This document shows positions 1 to 9,494 of a stretch of DNA of 64,000 nt, one piece after another (position 1 is the first letter of the stretch; every line of letters begins with the position of its first letter). A program made the translations under genes and the position numbers. A model generated the notes under the pieces. It was not told the DNA's origin and searched no databases. It saw only the letters and a list, made by a program, of their open reading frames with translations. This stretch comes from Candidatus Poribacteria bacterium (GTDB lineage Bacteria > Poribacteria > WGA-4E > PCPOR2b), in contig OZ220744.1 in the NCBI GenBank assembly GCA_965116925.1, positions 2,112,001-2,176,000 of the forward strand. Reading direction: 5' to 3'.

Positions 1-1536
1 GAACAAGATGCCCGTCGGATTGAGACGGATGGTATATTCATAAGGCTGCCCCGGCTCGATGAGGCTCGGATTGTCATAACCTTCTCGATACCTTGCTCGC
101 ATAATGCCGTATGTCAGATTCACCGCCAACCCGTTGGGGTGAACATCAATCAGCTTGGCAGTGAAGTCAGTGTCAGGTGCACTTGATGCTGCCCATAACT
201 TCAGCACTACCGGTCCGGTCACCTCAATATCTTCATGCAGTGGTGGTGTTTGGTAGACCAGAATGTCCCGTCGTCCGTTCAGTGGGGATTGATCTCTCGG
301 TGCCGCTTGCGCGTCGATTCCCATCAGACTCATCACCGGATCCTTGGGATCATAGTCGTACCTATCGGGGGATTCTTCTTCCGGTTCAGAGATGGAAAGC
401 ACACCGTCACCGTGCACAGTGTTGGCGGAGCCGCCGCTGTGCAGGAAAAACTCGGTGTATTGTGTGCGAGCAGGGGGCCACTCATGCTCAAAGCGCCACC
501 TATTTTCACCCATGATAAATAACTTCACCGACGGCTCAGATCCGATTCCATTATCAATCCCTTTGAAGCGGTAATCGTACCATCGAGTAACTTCTTGAGG
601 ATAGGTGGTATCTGCATCGGGACCGAAGTCCAACGGTCCTTGGGTTCGAGTTAGGTTATTGCTATTATGTCCCCACGGACCGACGATTAGCCGGTGCTGG
701 TTTCGTAGCGATTCGGGCCCTTCTTTTACCATACCTGTGAAGTTGTCAATCGTCCCGATGAGCCGGTCATACCAGCCCGTCAACTGGCACGTGGGAACGT
801 TGACCTTGTGGTGGATCTCTTGAAACGCCCAGAACTCCTTATCCTGTTCCCTGAGATAGGTTTTGAGGAGCGGAGTCAGAGTAGAAAACAGATAGTTGGG
901 GAGTCCATCCAGCGGCAGATACCAGATCCACTTGCCGCGTTCCACCTCGTGCCACTGTGCATCGGCCTCATCCTCGGATTTGGGGCCAAACTCGTCTCCG
1001 ACTCGGTGCCGTGCGTTGACCGCCATCTTGTAGGTCCACTGGAGGCGCCGCCCTGTTTCAAATATGCCGAAGTTTAGGTCAAGCAGCCGCGCTGACATAC
1101 CGCTCGCGAACAACGCCTTGAGGGAGGGAGGCTGCGTTCCAGCAAGACGCCAGATGCACCACGATGGGTAGGAATGTCCCCATGTCCCGACCTGCCCGTC
1201 GCTGCCGGGAATATCCGCTGCCCATTCGACGGTGTCGTACCCATCCTGCGGGTCAAAGGTTTCGGTGTTGTTCTGAAATTGCCAGAAATACTCTCCATCG
1301 GAAATACCTCTGCCCCGGATATCTTGGACAATAGCGATGTAACCGCTGGAAGCCAAGGCTTGTGCAATCTGGATGTAGGTGTTTTGGCTCTTGTCATACG
1401 GTGTACGGCATAACAATACTGGACAGGCTGCAGCCCCCATAGGTCTATATATATCTGACCGCAGCAGTACACCATCGCGCATTTCGGTGGGAACGTCCCG
1501 CTCGATATTTACGGCAAAATCAGTGCTTTTAGTCAT
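1..1536 (-). CDS. CocE/NonD family serine hydrolase, running off the left edge of the window
   Basis: Manual translation from ATG at 1536 gives MTKSTDFAVNIERDVPTEMRDGVLLRSDIYRP...PVLLCRTPYDK, nucleophile motif GRVGTWGHSY, and C-terminal SSAPDTDFTAKLIDVHPNG. Absent from the ORF track, probably because no stop lies inside the window. Confidence 0.85.
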   Translation of the reverse strand, partial: MTKSTDFAVNIERDVPTEMRDGVLLRSDIYRPMGAAACPVLLCRTPYDKSQNTYIQIAQALASSGYIAIVQDIRGRGISDGEYFWQFQNNTETFDPQDGYDTVEWAADIPGSDGQVGTWGHSYPSWCIWRLAGTQPPSLKALFASGMSARLLDLNFGIFETGRRLQWTYKMAVNARHRVGDEFGPKSEDEADAQWHEVERGKWIWYLPLDGLPNYLFSTLTPLLKTYLREQDKEFWAFQEIHHKVNVPTCQLTGWYDRLIGTIDNFTGMVKEGPESLRNQHRLIVGPWGHNSNNLTRTQGPLDFGPDADTTYPQEVTRWYDYRFKGIDNGIGSEPSVKLFIMGENRWRFEHEWPPARTQYTEFFLHSGGSANTVHGDGVLSISEPEEESPDRYDYDPKDPVMSLMGIDAQAAPRDQSPLNGRRDILVYQTPPLHEDIEVTGPVVLKLWAASSAPDTDFTAKLIDVHPNGLAVNLTYGIMRARYREGYDNPSLIEPGQPYEYTIRLNPTGILF

Positions 1537-1820
1537 GGACTGTTCTGTCCTTACTTTTCCAAGCTCAACGGTCGTTGTGTCAAGATGTGAATCTCGACCT
1601 ACAGTTACGCGATTATTTTAACGCGATTGTTACGGCGTGTTGACATTTTGCTGTTGCTCATTCAGCAAACGCTATAATCATTGGGTAATCTGGCATAAGT
1701 AGTACAAACTGTTAGTTTGCGAACTAAGATCACAATCTAACAGATCGTGGTACAATCGACTCCTTTTAGGACTTTTAGGAAATAAGTTTTTGAAAAGGAG
1801 GCTTCTCGATGAAAAACGGA

Positions 1821-1921
1821 GTTGGGTTTCACTCTATCTGTGTCTCAACAAGCGTTGTTGAACGACTGAACCTCTATTATAGTTGATAGGGATTGGCATT
1901 TAACCGTTCAACCCAACCTAC
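1821..1921. repeat. 101-bp dispersed repeat GTTGGGTTTCAC...CGTTCAACCCAACCTAC; other copies at 1991-2091, 35262-35362, 36552-36652, 40788-40887
   Basis: Five copies with identical ends and lengths of 101, 101, 101, 101 and 100 bp. Confidence 0.9.
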
Positions 1922-1956
1922 GGGCTGTCAACTTTTCCAAGCTCAACGGTCGTTGT

Positions 1957-1980
1957 GTCGAGATGTGAATCTCGACCTAC
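1957..1980 (-). repeat. REP-like hairpin GTAGGTCGAGATTCACATCTCGAC; other copies at 1579-1602, 2120-2143, 40290-40313, 60502-60525
   Basis: GTAG tetranucleotide followed by the palindrome GTCGAGAT-N4-ATCTCGAC, five copies. Confidence 0.85.
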
Positions 1981-2149
1981 AGATTACTGAGTTGGGTTTC
2001 ACTTTATCTGTGTATCAATAGGTGTTGTTGAACAACTGAACCTCTATTATAGTTGATAGGGATTGGCGTTTAACCGTTCAACCCAACCTACGGGCTGTCA
2101 ACTGTCAACAGAACCTAGTGTCGAGATGTGAATCTCGACCTACAGGTTG

Positions 2150-3376
2150 CTACAGTGGTAGCCTCGCAGCACTGGGGTTTACCGGTTCTACGCCGAGCAC
2201 TTTGGCGATGGTGTACACATCTTTATCTCCGCGCCCGGAGAGACATAGGACGATTATCTGGTCTCGATCGAGTGTGGGTGCGAGTTTACGGATGTAAGCC
2301 ATTGCGTGCGCTGCTTCTAGCGCGGGGATGATCCCTTCCGTTTCTGAAAGTAGCTTGAACCCTTCAATCGACTCCTCATCGGTGACGGAGACATATTCGG
2401 CACGACCCGTTGCTTTGTAGAAGCTATGTTCGGGACCGACTCCGGGGTAATCCAGACCCGCTGAGATAGAGTGTGCTGGCGTGATTTGCCCGTCCTCTTC
2501 CTGTAGCACGTAGCATTTCGCACCGTGGAACACGCCAACACTGCCCGCACTGATGGTCGCTGCGTGTTTACCACTCAGTATGCTTTCGCCCGCTGCTTCG
2601 ACACCGACTAATTTCACACCGTTATCCGAGTAAAATGGGTAAAACATACCTATTGAGTTACTGCCACCGCCGACGCAAGCAACCACGTAATCTGGCAATT
2701 GTCCTGCCCCCTCAAGGGTCTGCGATCTCGCTTCCTGACCGATGACAGCTTGAAAATCCCGGACAATCATCGGATATGGGTGGGGACCGACGACAGATCC
2801 GATCAGATAGTATGTCGTCCGTACATTCGTCACCCAATCGCGGAATGCAGCGTTGATTGCATCCTTGAGGGTGCGCGAGCCGGAGTTCACCGGGACCACC
2901 GTTGTCCCCAGCAGTTTCATGCGAAAAACGTTCAGGGCTTGCCGTTCGATGTCTTCTTCGCCCATATATACTTCGCATTCCATGTTGAACTTTGCTGCCA
3001 CGGTTGCTGTTGCAACGCCGTGTTGTCCTGCACCTGTCTCGGCGATGATCCGATTCTTGCCCATCCGTCGGGCGAGCAAGATCTGTCCGATTGTATTGTT
3101 GATTTTGTGTGCGCCTGTATGGTTGAGATCCTCGCGCTTGAGATAGATTCTTGCCCCACCGAGTGCCTGAGTCAGTCGCTCGGCGTAGTACAGCGGGTTG
3201 GGACGCCCGACGTATTCGCGGAGATAGTATTGAAATTCCTCTTGGAAGTCGGCATCCTCTCTCAGAGACATATAGGCGTCTTCTAGTTCCAGTAGTGGGG
3301 ACATTAACGTCTCCGGGGCGTATCTGCCGCCGAATTCTCCGAAATGTCCCGTTGCGTCGGGTAAATTCTGATTCAA
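2150..3376 (-). CDS. trpB: Tryptophan synthase beta chain
   Basis: [15 protein letters not shown] (PLP lysine), [37 protein letters not shown]. Confidence 0.98.
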   Translation of the reverse strand: MNQNLPDATGHFGEFGGRYAPETLMSPLLELEDAYMSLREDADFQEEFQYYLREYVGRPNPLYYAERLTQALGGARIYLKREDLNHTGAHKINNTIGQILLARRMGKNRIIAETGAGQHGVATATVAAKFNMECEVYMGEEDIERQALNVFRMKLLGTTVVPVNSGSRTLKDAINAAFRDWVTNVRTTYYLIGSVVGPHPYPMIVRDFQAVIGQEARSQTLEGAGQLPDYVVACVGGGSNSIGMFYPFYSDNGVKLVGVEAAGESILSGKHAATISAGSVGVFHGAKCYVLQEEDGQITPAHSISAGLDYPGVGPEHSFYKATGRAEYVSVTDEESIEGFKLLSETEGIIPALEAAHAMAYIRKLAPTLDRDQIIVLCLSGRGDKDVYTIAKVLGVEPVNPSAARLPL

Positions 3377-3429
3377 TTTATAGCTCCTCCTGTTTTTGAT
3401 ATGCTACTATAATTCAATTTTCGCTCATG

Positions 3430-3569
3430 TAGAACTTACGCAGTTGAACGTTCAACGCCTTGTAGTTCGGCGATTTATCGCCCGTCCCCCCCTCTATCCC
3501 CCCGCAAGCAGAGGGAGGGAAGAACGCGCAATGAATTGCGCTACTACAAACTGGAGTGCGTAACTTCGA
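3430..3569. mobile_element. MITE-like shell A (TAGGACTTACGCA...TGCGTAAGTCCTA type) with REP cargo; other copies at 6118-6483, 10779-10933, 16597-16735, 34799-34873; lone left ends at 35043, 39173, 45427
   Basis: Recurrent imperfect 13-bp terminal inverted repeats around variable interiors. Confidence 0.7.
3525..3547 (-). repeat. REP-like hairpin GTAGTAGCGCAATTCATTGCGCG; other copies at 16691-16713, 50238-50260
   Basis: Three identical copies of GTAG plus palindrome. Confidence 0.85.
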
Positions 3570-3628
3570 TCATGCTAAGAAATAGTACAAAGAAAGCGAG
3601 TTTTCTTTTAATATGAACCTTAATTTTA

Positions 3629-5962
3629 TCACGCCAAACCCCGTCGTTTGCGTAAAAACCACTCTAGTCCCAAAAGTAGGATAACGATTACAAAAATGAG
3701 CGGCATATCCCAAACCTCCTCCTCAACGAGACGCGATGTTGCACTCTCGACTAAGGGGATATGGTTTACCATCTGTGGCGCGTCTTCGAGGGTATAATAC
3801 CTGCCACCGCTGGTATTGGCAAGCGTTTGCAGCAGTTGTGCGTTGAGTTCTGCATTTGTAAACTCAGCGTAGGATTCGGCAACCTCAAAGAGACCGCTCT
3901 GCTCACCGAGACTTTTGCCCCTTAGTGCCCCAACCAGAGTGACCCGATACTCGCCGCGCCGAGGTGGAATATATCGCACCGTATAAAGTCCGTCCTGCCC
4001 AAGCACCTGTTCAAGCGACAGCTCCCGCTTTCTGCCATTTTCGTCTGTAATGATAGCACGGACTTTCGCCTGATTGGTCAATTCAAACTGGTGATCGTAG
4101 GCGGTTGCATTGATAATCACCGCTTCCTTCAGGGCATAAGAGGTTTTTGGGATATCTAACTTGAGTTGATCTTTCTGAACGGTTGTCAGCCACTTTGCCG
4201 TCTGACGCCAAAAGCGTTCATGGCTGTCATCTTCATGCGGCATGTTCATTTGCCAATCCCACGAAGTGACAGCTGTGAAGACCATGACCCGGCCGGCATT
4301 GTAGTTGTGGGTTGCAATAAGGATACGATTGCCGAATTCATTCCGATCTGTGGGATGTACCGCAAGGATTGTTGCGCCCGCTTTCGCTCGCCGCACCCGG
4401 TTATAGCTAGATAAGGTCAACTGTTCCCAACGCATTACGTTCTCACGTGGTTCGTCCGCTAGAGCCATCAACGGATCTGCTTTCCCTTCGGCGGTCAACT
4501 GTAAGGCATATTTCGGGATCGAGGTCCTCTGACCGCGTCGTTGAGGGGTTGCAAACCGGCGTATCGGTGGAGACGGTGCTGGTGGCGTTCCTAGCTCAAG
4601 TTCGACCGGAAGCACCTGTGCAATCGGTGTATTGATGTAAGAATTCGCCATTTCGTGATTGCCCAACGAATGTTTCCCGCCTAGCATCAGGAATCCACCG
4701 CCTCGTGTGCGGATAAACTCAACCGTGTTTTCAAGTTGCTGTTTGGTAAATTTTGATGACGCTATATTTCCGATAATAATTGCGTCGTAATCAAAGAGCA
4801 CCTCTTTCGATGTTGGATAGAGATCGAACTGGTGTCCAGTGCCGTCACTCGCACCTCCGATAGTTGTATCAGAAGTGAAATATCGAAGTGTCAATTGGAT
4901 ATTTGGATCGTTCTCCAAAGCACGTCTGATGATTCCGATTTCCTTACGCAGCCCGCCCTCAACGTACAAAATCTTGACGCGCTTGCTGGGTGCGACTTTT
5001 AACAGAAACTTCTTGGTATTGTTTTGTGGGACAGCCTCGTCGGTTTCGGTTGGGATTTCTACCACATACTTCTGCGTCCCCGGATTCCGGGGAATGAACT
5101 TGATTCGTATGCGGCGGGTGGGACGTTCTTTGTTAAGGTTGACGTTGAACGTCTTGACAACACGGTTTTCATCTCTGAGCCTCAGCGTTATCTCCCTTGG
5201 ACCGTAGCCTTTGCGGCGGATAGTCGCCCAAATCTCGACTGGGAAATCCTCTTCTGCCGTCCGTGGGGCATCAACTTTCACCACCTCAATATCTTTGATC
5301 CCCTCCGGAGAACCGATCCCGACGGTGTGCACAGGCACTTTCCGATCACGCATCCGGAACGCAAGTTTGGTGATGTCTTCACCGCTCGCATCTGCACCGT
5401 CAGAGAACATCACGACACCCGACAGCGGCACCCCTTGCAGATTGTCCAATGTATCATTCAGCGCAGCGGGGATATTTGTGGTTTCGCCGTTTGCTTCGGT
5501 CAACGCAGCGGGAGTCATCCGTTTGGGACCGTCAGAAAAGGAGAACAGTCGTGTTTTGAACTTTTCGTTGAGCGAATTGAGTATCCCGCCTTCGGGGTCA
5601 AAGAGCAGATTGTTGACGCTGCTCAGACGGGGTTCCTGATTTACGGAATCGGTCACCTGCATACTTTTCGATTCATCCAACAGCACCGCAAGGTAGGAAT
5701 CGTCCGGGCTGGTTTGGTAGATCGTCACAAAGGGCTTTAGCAGACAGAATGCCAATCCACAAAGTGCGAGGGTGCGGAGGAAGATCAGAAAGCCGCGGAA
5801 TCCTCGATGCGTCCGTCCCTGCGTCGTTCGATATGCCCAGATCGAGGCTGCGATTAAGCCCACGAAGATCAGGAATAGGATGAGCCCCGGCAGGCGGATC
5901 CCGAAATAGAAATCGCCCTGGCGGAAGATGTCAATTGGATATTTTAGTAGTTGCTCAAACAT
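3629..5962 (-). CDS. Membrane protein with a VWA domain and a class-I glutamine amidotransferase-like (DUF1355-type) domain
   Basis: N-terminal TM helices, MIDAS-like LDESKSM and FSDG, GGGFLMLGG, LLQTLANTSGGRY, and C-terminal TM ending EWFLRKRRGLA. Confidence 0.8.
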   Translation of the reverse strand: MFEQLLKYPIDIFRQGDFYFGIRLPGLILFLIFVGLIAASIWAYRTTQGRTHRGFRGFLIFLRTLALCGLAFCLLKPFVTIYQTSPDDSYLAVLLDESKSMQVTDSVNQEPRLSSVNNLLFDPEGGILNSLNEKFKTRLFSFSDGPKRMTPAALTEANGETTNIPAALNDTLDNLQGVPLSGVVMFSDGADASGEDITKLAFRMRDRKVPVHTVGIGSPEGIKDIEVVKVDAPRTAEEDFPVEIWATIRRKGYGPREITLRLRDENRVVKTFNVNLNKERPTRRIRIKFIPRNPGTQKYVVEIPTETDEAVPQNNTKKFLLKVAPSKRVKILYVEGGLRKEIGIIRRALENDPNIQLTLRYFTSDTTIGGASDGTGHQFDLYPTSKEVLFDYDAIIIGNIASSKFTKQQLENTVEFIRTRGGGFLMLGGKHSLGNHEMANSYINTPIAQVLPVELELGTPPAPSPPIRRFATPQRRGQRTSIPKYALQLTAEGKADPLMALADEPRENVMRWEQLTLSSYNRVRRAKAGATILAVHPTDRNEFGNRILIATHNYNAGRVMVFTAVTSWDWQMNMPHEDDSHERFWRQTAKWLTTVQKDQLKLDIPKTSYALKEAVIINATAYDHQFELTNQAKVRAIITDENGRKRELSLEQVLGQDGLYTVRYIPPRRGEYRVTLVGALRGKSLGEQSGLFEVAESYAEFTNAELNAQLLQTLANTSGGRYYTLEDAPQMVNHIPLVESATSRLVEEEVWDMPLIFVIVILLLGLEWFLRKRRGLA

Positions 5963-6565
5963 CTAAGTGTCCTTGTTATTTTCTGAAAGCACCAATCACT
6001 AACTTTGGTATGTGAGGCAATGCCTGGGGGTGGATTGCTCGTTCGGTTGGCGGTATCGTGCCGTCTTGGCATTGAGTTATTTCCTCATAGGGTGAGGGGA
6101 TTTGTCCCCAAAATAGTTAGGACTTACGCAGTTGAACGGTAAAATCCAACCCCTTCTGCTACGCGGAACCTATACCTCTGTTTCAATGATTCACCGGCAC
6201 GATTCGGTGATTTGGCAGGGCACTGGCAGGTCCAAAAAAAAATTTCAACCTCACATCGGGGGTTCATCATTGGTGCGTGTCTCTCTGAACCCTTATGGGG
6301 CCTAGCTTCAGGGCGTTTGTAGATTTTTACCACCCAACAGCGGGTGCGTCTAGACGGCTTTTTGACCTGCCAAATACGCACTGTTCATGACCCATTTTTC
6401 ACTGAAATGGCACCATAATTCGCCAAATGTTAGGGATTTGGCAGGTCCCTGACAGGTCAAAACTCTGAAATGCGTAAGTCCTGGTGCGGTTATATTCGGT
6501 GTATTTGAGTGGGTGCATTGCCTCTATTATACCCTATTTTTTGATCATGTGCGTAGGTCCTAAAA

Positions 6566-6675
6566 TTATAGTGGATCCTAGAATTAATGAGATACTCCAA
6601 ATCGGCGCAGTTGGAAACAGCACCTACCAAACATGAGGAGCGAAAGTGTCTATTTATTTTTTGAGTTCACTATAA
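6566..6675. mobile_element. MITE-like shell B (TTATAGTGGAT...TTCACTATAA) carrying REP GTAGGTGCTGTTTCCAACTGCGCC; other copies at 16750-16859, 32704-32813, and inverted/expanded at 58005-58176
   Basis: Three closely similar 110-bp copies plus one 172-bp copy with extra hairpins. Confidence 0.85.
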
Positions 6676-6772
6676 GCATATTGGTCTGCGATTAGAATAA
6701 GATGCTGGTATTTCTGCGGCAGCATTATTCGTTTGTCTTTCGCTGCTCCATTTCGACTTTGCTCTTTGCTCC

Positions 6773-8056
6773 TCAATCGCTCATCTCATCACCAAAGAAG
6801 TATTGTTGCCAATTGGTAATGTTGCCGTACTCGTCCATGTTGAGCTGTTCAATTTCGGAAGTGCCATCGTTGACTTGGCAGAAATAGAGTGCCGTATCAG
6901 ACGCTGGAATCTCCTCCTCGGCGATGCGTCGTTGCAGGCGTCGCAGCAGATGTTCGCTGTGGGTCTCAAGGATAATCTGGATATTCCGATTTTTTACCAC
7001 GTCGATGAGGATATCCGTTAGATCCGCCTGCGCTTTCGGATGCAGATGTGCCTCAGGTTGTTCAAGGATGAGGATTGAACCTTCGGGGACATAATAGCAG
7101 AGTGCCAACGTCGGCAGGATCTGGAAAACACCCAAGCCGATGTCAGTGAGTCGGACTTCGGGACCGTCCTTGTACTGTTTGAGGCGAAATTCGTAGTCCT
7201 TCTCCCCATCAGGATCCGCTTGGAGACGATAGGAATCAATCAGTTCCAGTCGTTGTAACCATTTCAATATCTGCTCATCGATGGAGAGGAGTTGAATCCG
7301 TCCGGAAAGCAGTGCGGCAATTGCCTGTTCCCCGTACTGTCCGACACCTTTCGGGTGTTCACCGCCGTATGCGTAGCGATGTCGAGGCGGTTCACGGAGC
7401 GGGCTAAGGTGATAGATTCGAGAAAACAGGTCCTTGAAAGCCCGTTCAAACGACAAGAAAGGGGTATCTGGCACTCTAGTCGATCCGTCCCGAATCCCGT
7501 AGCATCGGAACGGGAATGAGGAGAGTGCCCCTTGGGGTTTATGGTTGGGGGGACATACTATTTTGTACTGACTGTCAGCATCCCGCACGATTCCAAAAAA
7601 TTCGTACCCATCGGACATATAACCGAAGCCATCGACAGCAACCGAATCATTTCCTGCAGCGACAATAGTGGTTGAAAAGGAGAGCGCGCCAATTTCGAGG
7701 CGATTGGAACCTTGAGGGGTTCGGGGCAGTGCCTGCCCAAGCGTACTCCCACCTCCAATAGTCAGCTTTTCAGGCAACTGCCACGACACAGAGATGTCGA
7801 GACTTAAACCCGTTTTGTGTCGATGGATGACCTCATTAAAGTTGGATAAGTTGACCACCGATCTCTCATCGCCGAAATCAATTACCCCGTTCCAATCCGG
7901 CGGACGCTCCGCGGTCTGCTTGAGCATGAGCAGCGTTTGAAAAATGCTGGTTTTGCCGGAGCTATTCGCGCCGAAGAACCCTGTCAATGGGGCTATCTGC
8001 AACTGACCCGTATTTTCCCACGACTTAAAATTCTGCGCGCTGAGTTCGGTAATCAT
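6773..8056 (-). CDS. AAA/ABC-type ATPase with C-terminal DUF3696-like domain, possibly ending at a premature TGA
   Basis: Walker A GANSSGKT, signature-like DIGLGVFQILP, Walker B/D-loop ILEQPEAHLHP, H-loop ETHSEH. Confidence 0.85.
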   Translation of the reverse strand: MITELSAQNFKSWENTGQLQIAPLTGFFGANSSGKTSIFQTLLMLKQTAERPPDWNGVIDFGDERSVVNLSNFNEVIHRHKTGLSLDISVSWQLPEKLTIGGGSTLGQALPRTPQGSNRLEIGALSFSTTIVAAGNDSVAVDGFGYMSDGYEFFGIVRDADSQYKIVCPPNHKPQGALSSFPFRCYGIRDGSTRVPDTPFLSFERAFKDLFSRIYHLSPLREPPRHRYAYGGEHPKGVGQYGEQAIAALLSGRIQLLSIDEQILKWLQRLELIDSYRLQADPDGEKDYEFRLKQYKDGPEVRLTDIGLGVFQILPTLALCYYVPEGSILILEQPEAHLHPKAQADLTDILIDVVKNRNIQIILETHSEHLLRRLQRRIAEEEIPASDTALYFCQVNDGTSEIEQLNMDEYGNITNWQQYFFGDEMSD

Positions 8057-8131
8057 AACGGATACCTCGCTTACTATTTTTTACGCATTACGTTGCCTAT
8101 ACACATTGCGCTCCTCTGGAGCGCGGTCTCA

Positions 8132-8525
8132 TAGGTATTAGCATTCTATAGACATATCGCTCCTCTGGAGCGAAAGATAAAGCACTGAACGGGCGGGGTG
8201 CGCCCCTACACAGAGCCGACGGATTTTCAATACGTAGCAATTTGGTTTATTTTAATTCAACACGCTGTCCTGTGTGGGCTGACTCGTGCAGACCACCAAT
8301 CACACGCCTGTTCCCTAACGCATCCGCTTAGGTATTAGATTCTATAGACATATCGCTCCTCTGGAGCGAAAGATAAAGCACTGAGCGGGCGGGGTGACCC
8401 CCTACACAGAACCGATGGATTCTCAAGGCATAGCGATTTGGGTTATTTCAATTCAACACGGCGACCTGTGTGGGCTGACTCGTGCAGACCATCAATCACG
8501 CGCATGTTCCCTGATGCATCTGATA
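8132..8525. repeat. Imperfect tandem duplication with a unit of about 197 bp, including the 3' end of the Gfo/Idh/MocA gene
   Basis: 8132-8328 versus 8329-8525 align throughout. Confidence 0.9.
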
Positions 8526-9435
8526 TTGGTAGGAGCGGAGGCTTCCCGGTGGAGATGGCTTCGCACAAGCTCAAGAGTTCAGCGGCATACGGATTTACCC
8601 CTTCGACTGTCACCGTCTCGGTTTTGCCCTCTCGAATCAGCGTGAAGCTACATTCGCCTTCGCTGTTTCCCCATGCCTTGGGCGCGACAATTGTCCCTTC
8701 CGTGCCAGCTACCTCATAGGACTCACGCCATGTCCAGCCGAAACTGCAATCAAACTGCCCAGTAATGCCATCGCCGAAATCGAGCGTTCCAATCAGTGTA
8801 TCCCATACATCACTGATTGGTTCAAACTTGCCGGTCGCCCAGACAGCTTGCGGTTCCGTCCCAATCATATAACGGATGACATTGATGCAGTAGCAGCCCA
8901 AATCCATCACCGCGCCGCCGCCCTGATCGCCGCGCAGCCGCCAGTTTGTTCGATCTGTCAATCCAGTCGAAAAGGAGGATCCGGCAAAACGGACATCGCC
9001 GATCGCGCCGTCAAGGATATGCTGCTTGACAGAAAGCGTCAGGGGGTGGTGGCGATACATGAATCCCTCCATCAACAGCACGTCGGCAGATGAGGTGACT
9101 TGAATCATCTGTTCAAGCTGCGTTGCGTTGACAGCAATCGGCTTTTCGCAAAGGATTGCCTTCACACCGCCGCGGACTCCTTCCAAGATATGTTTCAGAT
9201 GGAGTGTGGGCCATGTTGCGACTATCAATACGTCTGGTTTTTGCTGCTCAAGCATCCGTCTCAAGTCGTTATAAGTGTTTTTAACATTGAATTGCTCTGC
9301 GAAGTTTTTGACTGCTTCGAACTTAACATCACAGGCACCGACGAAGTCGATCTCCGGGAGGTTTTGTGAGGCGTTTCCGTGTGCTCTGGAAATCCCGCCA
9401 CAACCGACTATGGCAACCTTATACTTTTCGCTCAT
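8443..9435 (-). CDS. Gfo/Idh/MocA family oxidoreductase
   Basis: AIVGCGGIS, CEKP, GGGAVMDLGCY. Confidence 0.93.
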   Translation of the reverse strand: MSEKYKVAIVGCGGISRAHGNASQNLPEIDFVGACDVKFEAVKNFAEQFNVKNTYNDLRRMLEQQKPDVLIVATWPTLHLKHILEGVRGGVKAILCEKPIAVNATQLEQMIQVTSSADVLLMEGFMYRHHPLTLSVKQHILDGAIGDVRFAGSSFSTGLTDRTNWRLRGDQGGGAVMDLGCYCINVIRYMIGTEPQAVWATGKFEPISDVWDTLIGTLDFGDGITGQFDCSFGWTWRESYEVAGTEGTIVAPKAWGNSEGECSFTLIREGKTETVTVEGVNPYAAELLSLCEAISTGKPPLLPISDASGNMRVIDGLHESAHTGRRVELK

Positions 9436-9455
9436 GGTTTCTCCTTATCAACCGA

Positions 9456-9483
9456 GTGTGGAACGCAGATCTGCGTTCCCTAC
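9456..9483. repeat. Palindromic REP GTAGGGAACGCAGATCTGCGTTCCCTAC; perfect copies at 39322-39349 and 45449-45476
   Basis: 28-bp palindrome bounded by GTAG/CTAC; this copy has mismatches at its left end. Confidence 0.85.
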
Positions 9484-9494
9484 ACCGACTACTC

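Larger units (their letters stand above)
1634..2118. repeat. Composite intergenic element (shell D), ends GGCGTGTTGACA...TGTCAACAGAACCTA, containing 101-bp elements and a REP hairpin
   Basis: 1634-1932 aligns by eye with 36393-36676. The same right end occurs at about 35373-35389. Confidence 0.75.

Noticed and set aside
1553..2143. CRISPR array suggested by recurring palindromic 24-mers
   Set aside because: Spacing is irregular (378 and 163 bp), the intervening DNA is itself repeated, and there are no cas genes.
6773..6775. Selenocysteine readthrough of the in-frame TGA
   Set aside because: Not a Cys/redox position and no SECIS-like hairpin recognised; a nonsense mutation or true stop is simpler.
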